Assembly: GCA_963677485.1 (NCBI GenBank)
Contig: OY781964.1
Location: 864,001-928,000, forward strand
Reading direction: 5' to 3'
DNA: 64,000 bases
DNA from: Armatimonadota bacterium
Lineage (GTDB): Bacteria > Armatimonadota > HRBIN16
Shown: positions 56,254 to 64,000 of the stretch, one piece after another
How positions within the stretch are numbered: the stretch's first letter is position 1
How the letters are laid out: each line of letters opens with the position of its first letter
Notes under the pieces: model-generated
Databases searched by the model: none
The model's input: the letters and a program-made list of their open reading frames with translations, nothing else
Told to the model about the DNA's origin: nothing
Translations under genes and position numbers: made by a program

Positions 56254-57913
56254 CTAAGGCGGCTTAGCCGCAACCAAAAAAGGAATGATTGCATTCGCCA
56301 CGTAATATACATTCAAACACCCTTTCGTGAGGTTGCCCAGAATGACATCACTTCAAGAACGCTATGCAAAGCAGATAGCTGGGGTATATTCATGCTTCGA
56401 CCGCATAGTTATCACCGGTACAATCCCAGGCTGGTGTCATAGCGACGGAATGGGCATCTATCTTCATCAACGCAACATCAGGCTATTTGACTTTCCTAAG
56501 GAATTTGCCGAACCTCTACGAGATGAGATCAAAGCCAATGCGGAACGCCTTGCCGTTACCAACAGCATTGAAATTGAGTATATACGCCGTGCCTCTTCAT
56601 TTCGAAAAGAAGACCGCATCAAAGAGATCATTAGTAGTCGAGGGTGTCACCCCGGTCTCGTCCACATATTCTCAGTGTTGGAAAAATGTCCTGCATACAC
56701 CCCGTGGCACGACAAGATTACCCACAAAACCCGGCTGAATATCAAGGAGACCAAGTGTCTTCATTACTACTTCTATTTCATCGATGCAGAGTTTGGACTG
56801 TGCTATCTACGAGTTCCGACCTGGGTGCCCTTCCGTCTGCAATTCTATTGTAATGGACACAATTATCTCGCGCATTGCCTTCAATCCGAGGGAGTAGTTT
56901 TCACTCCACTGGACAACGCCTTTGTAAAAATCGACGACTTTAGCTGTGCTCAGAGGCTGGCAGACGCTTTTCCTGCTGATAAGCTGCACCATGCGCTGGA
57001 TGCATTTGCCAGAATGTATTGCCCCGTGATACGGCTTGCTGACAATTCATATCATTGGTCGCTAATGCAGGTGGAATATGCTACAGACATCGTGTTCAAA
57101 CGCGCCGAAGACCTCAAAGCCATCTACGATAATCTAGTCAAAACAGCGATACATACGGTAACGCCAGAGTCTATCGCGATGTTTCTTGGTAAGAAACTTG
57201 ATGGGCGAACACTCGCTGAGATCGGCACTGACTACAAGTTCGATCGCCGCATACAAGGCACGCGCATCAAACACTACATGGGATGGGCTTCTATCAAAAT
57301 GTATGACAAGCAAGGGATAATCTTGCGTATCGAGACGACTGTGAATGACGTCTCTGAATTTAAACACTACCGTGAGGTAGAACATCATGATGGGACGACT
57401 GAGATTAAATACGCCCCTATGCAAAAGACCATCTACAGCCTTCCTCCATTGAGGGAACTGTTATTATCTGCAAACAACAGATATCTTGACTTTCTTTCCG
57501 CCCTTGATGACAACAGCGATGGTGAACATCAGATCATCAAAATCGCGACCTCGACCACCCGTGATCATCGCTCGTATCGAGGATTCAACCTTTTCCTCAA
57601 GAAGGATTTGGAATGTCTCATTGCACTTGCTCGCGGAGAGGGATGCATCAGCGGGATCACAAACCGTATGCTTCAAAAAGCCTTACCGCAGATGTCCAGC
57701 TCTCAGATATCATACTTCATCAAGCGATGCCGAGTATTCCGGCTCGTTAAAAAATGCGGTAAACGCTACAAATACTACCTCACTGCACTTGGCAAGCGTA
57801 TCATCATGGCAGCACTTGCTATTCGCCAGATCGTTGTGCCTAACGCTTTGTGTGGTGCGTAATATCAGAATATTCTATACACCGTGTTCAAAATATGGTT
57901 GGTAAGATACTAA
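56254..57913 (+). mobile_element. 1656-bp insertion element bounded by two CTAA copies
   Basis: CTAA at 56254-56257 and 57910-57913; deleting 56254-57909 restores the kinase reading frame exactly; single internal ORF; short imperfect subterminal inverted repeat. Confidence 0.9.
56342..57862 (+). CDS. Putative transposase with Rep_trans/MOBT-like motifs and a C-terminal winged helix (506 aa)
   Basis: Only long ORF of the element; QVEYATD, IKMYDK and LRIETT motifs; C-terminal MarR-like wHTH ending KYYLTALG; ATG at 56342 follows GAGG. Confidence 0.7.
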   Translation: MTSLQERYAKQIAGVYSCFDRIVITGTIPGWCHSDGMGIYLHQRNIRLFDFPKEFAEPLRDEIKANAERLAVTNSIEIEYIRRASSFRKEDRIKEIISSRGCHPGLVHIFSVLEKCPAYTPWHDKITHKTRLNIKETKCLHYYFYFIDAEFGLCYLRVPTWVPFRLQFYCNGHNYLAHCLQSEGVVFTPLDNAFVKIDDFSCAQRLADAFPADKLHHALDAFARMYCPVIRLADNSYHWSLMQVEYATDIVFKRAEDLKAIYDNLVKTAIHTVTPESIAMFLGKKLDGRTLAEIGTDYKFDRRIQGTRIKHYMGWASIKMYDKQGIILRIETTVNDVSEFKHYREVEHHDGTTEIKYAPMQKTIYSLPPLRELLLSANNRYLDFLSALDDNSDGEHQIIKIATSTTRDHRSYRGFNLFLKKDLECLIALARGEGCISGITNRMLQKALPQMSSSQISYFIKRCRVFRLVKKCGKRYKYYLTALGKRIIMAALAIRQIVVPNALCGA

Positions 57914-58991
57914 ACGAGTATGGTCAGCGTTTCTTTGGCTACACCGAATCTGAGATCGTCGGCCGGCACGTTCTGGGCACCATTGTGCCCTCTACTGATC
58001 GCAGTGGCCATGATTTACGCCTCTTGATGGAGCAGATATGCGCTGATCCAACAGCGTTTGAGCAAAACATCAATGAGAACATACGTCGAAACGGTGAGCG
58101 TGTATGGATCGCCTGGACGAACAAGATCGTCATGGACCAGGCGGGGCAAGTTCGTGAAATTATGAGCATCGGTCTAGATGTCACTAAACAAAAGCGCATG
58201 GAGGATGATCTCCGGAATATACAAGCGAACCTGGAAAACAGTGTCATGGAACGCACGGCCCAACTTGCAGAAGCACTGAACGACGCCCAAGCCGCCGACC
58301 GCACCAAGTCCGCTTTCCTAGCCACCATGTCTCACGAACTGCGCACACCGTTGAACTCCATCATAGGGTTCACAGGCCTGCTGCTGCAAGGATTGGCGGG
58401 GCCTCTCAACACAGAGCAAACAAAACAGCTCAGTATGGTCAAAAGTAGCGGGCAGCATCTTCTCGACCTTATCAACGATGTGCTCGATATATCCAAAATC
58501 GAAGCTGGACAGGTGGAACTGGCGTGGGCACCCTTCGATCTACAGGAATCCATCATTCAGGTAGTGAAGGCTATGACACCGCAGTCTGAAATCAAACGCT
58601 TACCTATTGTCATGGAGATATCATGTAATGCAGGCCTGCTGAACGGCGATAGAAGACGATTTGAGCAGGTTATGCTGAACCTGTTAAGTAACGCCATAAA
58701 GTTCACTGAGCAGGGGCAGATCACCGTCTCTGCCAGAAAAGTTGTGAACGAGTATCATGTAGCAGTCACCGACACAGGACCCGGTATTAGGCCAGAAGAT
58801 ATGGACAAGCTGTTCATACCATTCCGCCAGCTCGATTCGGGGCTCTCACGCCAGTTCGAGGGCACAGGATTAGGTTTGGCGATCTGCAAGAGGCTTGTTG
58901 AGAAGATGGGTGGTGAAATTACCGTCCAAACGGTACCCGGTCATGGCAGTGCATTCGAATTTACATTGAAGGACACTCTGGGAGCAGCTAA

Positions 58992-59390
58992 ATGAAGCAG
59001 ACAGTTTTATATATCGAAGACAACGAACAGAACCTGTATCTGGTGAAATTCCTGCTAGAGCAGCACGGTTATCTGGTGCTGTCTGCAATGAGCGGGCTTG
59101 ATGGGATAGCGATCGCCGCTGAGGTGGTACCTGATCTGATTCTGCTTGACATACAGTTGCCTCAGATGGACGGCTACGAGGTGGCCCAGGAGTTGCGCGG
59201 GAACCCAGCCTTGAAGGATGTTCCCATCATAGCAGTGACTTCATATGCCATGGTCGGTGACAGGGAACGAACCTTGGCAGCCGGATGCAATGACTATATC
59301 GAAAAGCCTATCAACCCCGATACTTTCCTGAAGCAAGTTGAGACACACCTATCAGACAGGCCCGCAGATGAGGAGGCTCCAATATCATGA
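58992..59390 (+). CDS. Single-domain response regulator (DivK/CheY-like)
   Basis: IEDN, LLDIQLPQMDG, AVTSYA and EKP; 4-nt overlap with the kinase. Confidence 0.92.
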   Translation: MKQTVLYIEDNEQNLYLVKFLLEQHGYLVLSAMSGLDGIAIAAEVVPDLILLDIQLPQMDGYEVAQELRGNPALKDVPIIAVTSYAMVGDRERTLAAGCNDYIEKPINPDTFLKQVETHLSDRPADEEAPIS

Positions 59391-61453
59391 GTATCTTGAT
59401 CGTCGATGACTATGAGGTTAACATTTACCAACTACAGTTTTTACTCAACAGCCACCACTATACAGTTGTCTCGGCGGTGAATGGTGCCGAGGCATTACAG
59501 ATGGCCCAAAAGGACCCGCCGGAGCTCATCATCAGTGACATACTCATGCCGGTCATGGATGGTTTTAGCCTCTGCCGTGAATGGATGAAAGATGCCAGGT
59601 TACGTGAAATACCGTTCATGTTCTATACAGCCACATATACCGATGAACGCGACCGCGAATTCGCACTGAAACTAGGCGCGGTGAGCTTCTTCACGAAACC
59701 AACAGAACCAGACGTAATGATCGAGGCAGTTGAATCTGCTTTGAAGCAGAAGATCGATCCGCATCAACCCGTTTCGGAGGAAACACTTCCCGAAGAGACC
59801 GGTTTCTTGAGAGGATACAACGAAGCACTTATCCGTAAACTTGAGGATAAGATGAACCAGGTAGAACAGATAAATCTGGAACTTCAGAAAGACATCACCG
59901 AGCGTAAAATGATAGAACAAGCCCTTCAGACAAGCCAGAGCCTGCTTGGGCAGACGGAAGAGCTTGGGCGTATCGGTGGTTGGGAGCTTGACATCGCCAC
60001 CTTCAGGCTATCCTGGACCGACACAATCTTCAATATCTATGAAATTGATACTCGGTTTACACCCACTTTGGATCAAAGCCTGGAATACTACACATCCGAA
60101 TCCAGACCAGTCATAGAGTCTGCTGTGAAACGCGCTATAGCTCCAGGTGAGTCGTTCGATGTGGTTGTCAACATCAATACGGCCAAGAACAACCTGCGCA
60201 CCATTCACGTTATTGGAAGAGCTGATCATGAGCAAGGCAAGGTCGTAGGATTCTACCAGGACATCACAGATTACAAACGCGCAGAGGACGAACGTGCCAA
60301 GCTGGAAGCGCAGTTGCAACAAATGCAGCGTATGGAGTCTGTCGGACGATTGGCGGGAGGTGTAGCGCATGATTTCAACAACATGCTGGGAGTGATATTA
60401 GGGCATACCGAAATCGTCCTCGAGCAGCTGGATCCATCAGAGCCACTCTATGAAGATATCGAAGAAATACAAAAGGCCGCTACTCGGTCTGCGGAGCTCA
60501 CAAGACAGCTATTGACCTTCGCCCGTAAGCAGACAGTAGCACCCAAAGTAATGAGCTTGAATGACACCATCACAGGAATGTTAAAAATGCTGAACCGCAT
60601 GATTGGTGAAAATATCAATCTGGTGTGGCATCCCAAGCTAGACGTGTGGCCGTTGTACATGGACCCCTCGCAGATCGACCAACTGCTGGCTAACCTGTGC
60701 GTCAATGCCCGTGATGCCATCGATGACACGGGAGTCATCACTATCGAAACAGGGAACCGAACGTTCGATGACGAGTTTTGCGCATCGAATCCAGAATTCA
60801 ACATCGGCCAATTTGTCAAAATCTCCGTCAATGATACAGGCTGCGGTATGAGCAGGGAGGTGCAGGCTCACATCTTCGAGCCGTTTTTTACCACGAAAGC
60901 TGTCGGGCAAGGAACCGGCCTTGGTCTCGCCACCGTATATGGCATTGTCAAACAGAACAACGGATTTATCAATGTATATAGTGAGCCGCATCATGGTACC
61001 ACATTCAGTATCTACATACCCCGGTATGCAGGTGCTACTGGCTCCGATTCCAAGTGTGATGCGGCGAAACCTGTCGTTCCTGGTCAGGAGACAGTTCTGA
61101 TTGTCGAAGATGAGATGGCGATACTCCGGCTCGTAACAAAGATGCTTCAGCAGTTAGGATACCACGTTCTGATGGCTGGCACGCCTGGTGATGCCATACG
61201 CATAGCTGAAGAACACGCTAACGAGATAGATCTGTTGATTACTGATGTCATCATGCCGGAAATGAATGGGTGTGAACTCTCGAAGCTGCTGTCAGCGAAA
61301 TACAATAACATGAAGTGCCTGTATATGTCAGGATATACCGCCGATGTCATCACCAACCGTGGCGAGCTGTATGATGGCGTCCATTTCGTACAAAAACCCT
61401 TCACTGTGGCGGAACTGGCCGCAAAACTGCGGGTTGCACTCACGTCTGACTAA
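59387..61453 (+). CDS. Hybrid sensor kinase REC-PAS-HisKA-HATPase-REC (CckA-like)
   Basis: N-terminal REC; GGVAHDFNN, NLCVNARDA, FEPFFTTK and GTGLGL; C-terminal REC (TDVIMP, QKPF). Confidence 0.92.
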   Translation: MSILIVDDYEVNIYQLQFLLNSHHYTVVSAVNGAEALQMAQKDPPELIISDILMPVMDGFSLCREWMKDARLREIPFMFYTATYTDERDREFALKLGAVSFFTKPTEPDVMIEAVESALKQKIDPHQPVSEETLPEETGFLRGYNEALIRKLEDKMNQVEQINLELQKDITERKMIEQALQTSQSLLGQTEELGRIGGWELDIATFRLSWTDTIFNIYEIDTRFTPTLDQSLEYYTSESRPVIESAVKRAIAPGESFDVVVNINTAKNNLRTIHVIGRADHEQGKVVGFYQDITDYKRAEDERAKLEAQLQQMQRMESVGRLAGGVAHDFNNMLGVILGHTEIVLEQLDPSEPLYEDIEEIQKAATRSAELTRQLLTFARKQTVAPKVMSLNDTITGMLKMLNRMIGENINLVWHPKLDVWPLYMDPSQIDQLLANLCVNARDAIDDTGVITIETGNRTFDDEFCASNPEFNIGQFVKISVNDTGCGMSREVQAHIFEPFFTTKAVGQGTGLGLATVYGIVKQNNGFINVYSEPHHGTTFSIYIPRYAGATGSDSKCDAAKPVVPGQETVLIVEDEMAILRLVTKMLQQLGYHVLMAGTPGDAIRIAEEHANEIDLLITDVIMPEMNGCELSKLLSAKYNNMKCLYMSGYTADVITNRGELYDGVHFVQKPFTVAELAAKLRVALTSD

Positions 61454-61492
61454 CCCAACGCTCATAGTTGTACGCAGAAATGAGGCAGAGCG

Positions 61493-63211
61493 ATGCATAG
61501 AAGCCACATAATAATGGGCAGGCGTATTTTCGTCACAATCTGTGTATTTCTCATGTATGTGCTGCTGTGTCAGTCAACCTGGAGTGCAAGGCTAGTGCGT
61601 GTCGGCACATACCAAAATCCACCTAAAGTGTCGATGTCAGAATCGGGAAAAGCGGAAGGCATTTTTATCGACGTGCTTGAGGCGATTGCCGCCGATGAAG
61701 GCTGGAAGCTGGAGTATGTACCAGGAACCTGGGCACAAGGACTCGACCGGCTTTCGGCAGGCAAGATCGACCTCATGCCGGATGTGGCATTTACCGAACC
61801 ACGCAAAATACTATATACGTTCCACAAAGAGCCTGTGCTGTCTGACTGGTTCCAAATATATGCCCGCCCCAAAAGCGGAATACGGTCCATTCTAGATCTA
61901 AAGGGAAAACGGGTATCGGTGTTGAACCGGTCGATACAGCAAGAGGCCTTCGATAAGTCATTCTCTGCGTTTGACCTTGATATTAAGCTAAAATCCTACC
62001 CCACTCTAGATTCGGCTTTTTCTGCTGTGAAACGTGGCGATGTAGATGCTGTGGTGGCGAACAGGTTCTACGGAGTATCACACCTGCGTGCATCAGGCCT
62101 GGAGGACACAGCCGTGATCTTCTACCCCACCCGTCTCTTTTTCGCATCACCCAAATCTGGAGACCCCACAATACTATATGCAATCGACAATCGGCTAAGT
62201 TCGATGAAAAAGGATAGGAATTCGGTATACTACCATTCGATAGAGCATTGGACATCGGAGGAGATTGAGTATGCCATGCCCCTCTGGCTGAAGCTCACGG
62301 CTCTAATAGCGGTGCTTCTGATGCTTTTTACGGCCTATTTCAATATCGCGTTGCGGCATCAGGTTTCGATACAAACTCATGAGTTACGCAAAAGTTTGAA
62401 AGTAAACGAACAGCTCTATGACGAACTCCACCAGCGGGCCATCATGCTAGAAGACCGTGTACATGAACGAACTGTTGAGCTAGAGGCCGCCCGTGACCGT
62501 GCGGAGGCGGCTGACCGAACAAAGTCCGCCTTTCTAGCCACCATGTCACATGAACTGCGTACCCCGTTGAACTCAATTATCGGATTCACAGGCCTGCTAT
62601 TGCAAGGGCTAGCGGGTCCCATGAACGTTGAGCAGTGTAAACAAATGGGCATGATTAGGGCGAGTGGGCAGCATCTTCTTGACCTCATCAACGATGTGCT
62701 GGATATCTCAAAAATCGAAGCTGGTCAAATAGAGATCACGTGTGTATCCTACAACCTGCCCGCATCAATCATGAAGGTTGTGAACACCATTACTCCGTTG
62801 GCAGACAAGAAATCATTGCTTCTAAATGTCCATATCGCACCAGATGTCACCGACACCAAGGGCGATTCGCGCCGTGTAGAGCAGGTATTACTTAACCTGT
62901 TAAGCAATGCCGTGAAGTTCACCGATCATGGTGATGTTACTGTGAGAGTCACAGTGGATGCAGGGTATTATTCCATCGCGGTTACCGACACCGGCCCTGG
63001 GATCCACCAGGACGACATTCGCAAGTTGTTCCAACCCTTCAAGCAAATAGACACTGGCCTGACGCGCCAGTACGAAGGCACAGGCCTGGGTTTGGCCATC
63101 AGTAAGCGGCTGGTTGAAAAAATGGGTGGTCAGATATCGGTGGTAAGCACACCAGGCGTCGGTAGTACATTCATGTTTACCCTTATAAATGAACAGACGA
63201 TCATTTCGTAG
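61493..63211 (+). CDS. Sensor histidine kinase with a periplasmic solute-binding (family 3) domain
   Basis: Signal/TM segment; GTYQNPP, GKIDLM and LKGKRV binding-protein fold; TM; SHELRTPL; NAVKFT. Confidence 0.9.
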   Translation: MHRSHIIMGRRIFVTICVFLMYVLLCQSTWSARLVRVGTYQNPPKVSMSESGKAEGIFIDVLEAIAADEGWKLEYVPGTWAQGLDRLSAGKIDLMPDVAFTEPRKILYTFHKEPVLSDWFQIYARPKSGIRSILDLKGKRVSVLNRSIQQEAFDKSFSAFDLDIKLKSYPTLDSAFSAVKRGDVDAVVANRFYGVSHLRASGLEDTAVIFYPTRLFFASPKSGDPTILYAIDNRLSSMKKDRNSVYYHSIEHWTSEEIEYAMPLWLKLTALIAVLLMLFTAYFNIALRHQVSIQTHELRKSLKVNEQLYDELHQRAIMLEDRVHERTVELEAARDRAEAADRTKSAFLATMSHELRTPLNSIIGFTGLLLQGLAGPMNVEQCKQMGMIRASGQHLLDLINDVLDISKIEAGQIEITCVSYNLPASIMKVVNTITPLADKKSLLLNVHIAPDVTDTKGDSRRVEQVLLNLLSNAVKFTDHGDVTVRVTVDAGYYSIAVTDTGPGIHQDDIRKLFQPFKQIDTGLTRQYEGTGLGLAISKRLVEKMGGQISVVSTPGVGSTFMFTLINEQTIIS

Positions 63212-63376
63212 ATACCACAAATCCTCCTCTACGATATTCGGAACACAAGCATTACTACTAGGTAATAGCCCACGCTGGGTTTCCATGCAACGCCTCCAGG
63301 AACCTCAATTTCAGCTTGTATGTCAAAATGTATATAGAGTTACAAATTCACGATCGACTTTCCTGGAGTAATACAA

Positions 63377-64000
63377 ATGACCAAACGCCTTTTGGCCTTC
63401 CTGACATTCGTGTTCATGGTTGCGTCTGCCATGGCCGCACCAATCGATGGTGTGATTGTGGCGAAACTCCGCCTTTCCGCCAAACCCAGCACGGTCTTCG
63501 CGACCATTCCTACACGTGGCGGCGACCTGCTTCAGCCAGGATACAAATCGCTGAGCTTCAACAACTGGTATCGAATCAAGGTGCCCATTGGCCAGGAAGA
63601 TCAGTGCATCGCCACGCTCAAACGGCAGTCGGGAGTGCTGCTTGCAGAGCGGTCATACAGCGTGAAGACACTAGCAGTCACCCCGAATGACCCGTATCTG
63701 ACCACGAACTTTACATACGAAGCCATCCCCGAGATCAACTACCCGTACATGTGGAGTTGGGATAAGGTCGAGGCGAAAGCGGGCTGGAACATCTACCCTA
63801 ATGCGCTGTATTCAGCCGCCACGCGCCCGAAAAATGCCATCCGTGTGGCGGTGATTGACACGGGCATCGATGAGACCCATGAAGACTTTGTCAATGCCGG
63901 CGGCAGCATCACCAATGTGGAGTCCGGTGGGCAAATCGACTTCACCAAGGGTTGCAGCATATTCGACGGTGTGGTGACCCATGGTGCAGAAGCGTTCCAT
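63377..64000 (+). CDS. Subtilisin-like S8 serine peptidase (3' end outside window; not in the ORF track)
   Basis: Manual translation MTKRLLAFLTFVFMVASAMAAP...TPNDPY...IRVAVIDTGIDETHEDF contains the catalytic Asp motif; GGAG RBS. Confidence 0.85.
   Translation, partial: MTKRLLAFLTFVFMVASAMAAPIDGVIVAKLRLSAKPSTVFATIPTRGGDLLQPGYKSLSFNNWYRIKVPIGQEDQCIATLKRQSGVLLAERSYSVKTLAVTPNDPYLTTNFTYEAIPEINYPYMWSWDKVEAKAGWNIYPNALYSAATRPKNAIRVAVIDTGIDETHEDFVNAGGSITNVESGGQIDFTKGCSIFDGVVTHGAEAFH

Larger units (their letters stand above)
54691..58995 (+). pseudogene. GAF-PAS-PAS-PAS sensor histidine kinase interrupted by a mobile element (882 aa when rejoined)
   Basis: The 5' part ends ...DGRISYL at 56256 and the 3' part resumes NEYGQRFFGY... 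in the same frame; H-box SHELRTPL, N-box NLLSNAIKFT, G-boxes DTGPGI and GTGLGL. Confidence 0.9.

Noticed and set aside
56342-57862. Element ORF as a MarR regulator, group II intron RT or classical DDE IS
   Set aside because: The winged helix covers only the last ~80 aa; there is no YADD motif or intron-like end; there are no long terminal inverted repeats or evident DDE spacing
63316-63690. 124-aa ORF from the track
   Set aside because: It overlaps, in another frame, the S8 peptidase starting at 63377, which has an RBS, a signal peptide and a catalytic motif

Overview
Bacterial chromosome segment, probably Armatimonadota (inferred from a dockerin-like EF-hand repeat domain, a DUF4838 protein and many orphan secreted glycoside hydrolases). 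Positions 9.0-33.5 kb on the minus strand hold the fused str-S10-spc-alpha ribosomal protein supercluster. It has three oddities: a second EF-G paralog inserted between rplE and rpsN, an RpoA with a duplicated C-terminal domain, and several strongly folded intergenic leaders, including about 315 nt upstream of rpsL. The flanks carry metabolic genes (GH2 beta-galactosidase, fhs, a Cys/Met PLP enzyme, nadB, a PHP phosphatase, murJ), a glycan-degradation cluster with an embedded radical SAM gene, and a two-component signalling cluster. The most notable feature is a 1656-bp single-gene element (56254-57909) inserted at CT^AA in a sensor kinase gene. Its protein shows no recognisable DDE or HUH motifs but has Rep_trans/MOBT-like motifs (Q-x-E, YDK, R-x-E) plus a C-terminal winged helix. 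Its joined ends would form a stem-loop around CTAA, the nick core of Rep_trans/MOBT origins. It is therefore a candidate rolling-circle transposon of a type I cannot place in a named IS family. Several classes of intergenic REP-like and short tandem repeats are also present. No rRNA, tRNA or CRISPR array was seen.
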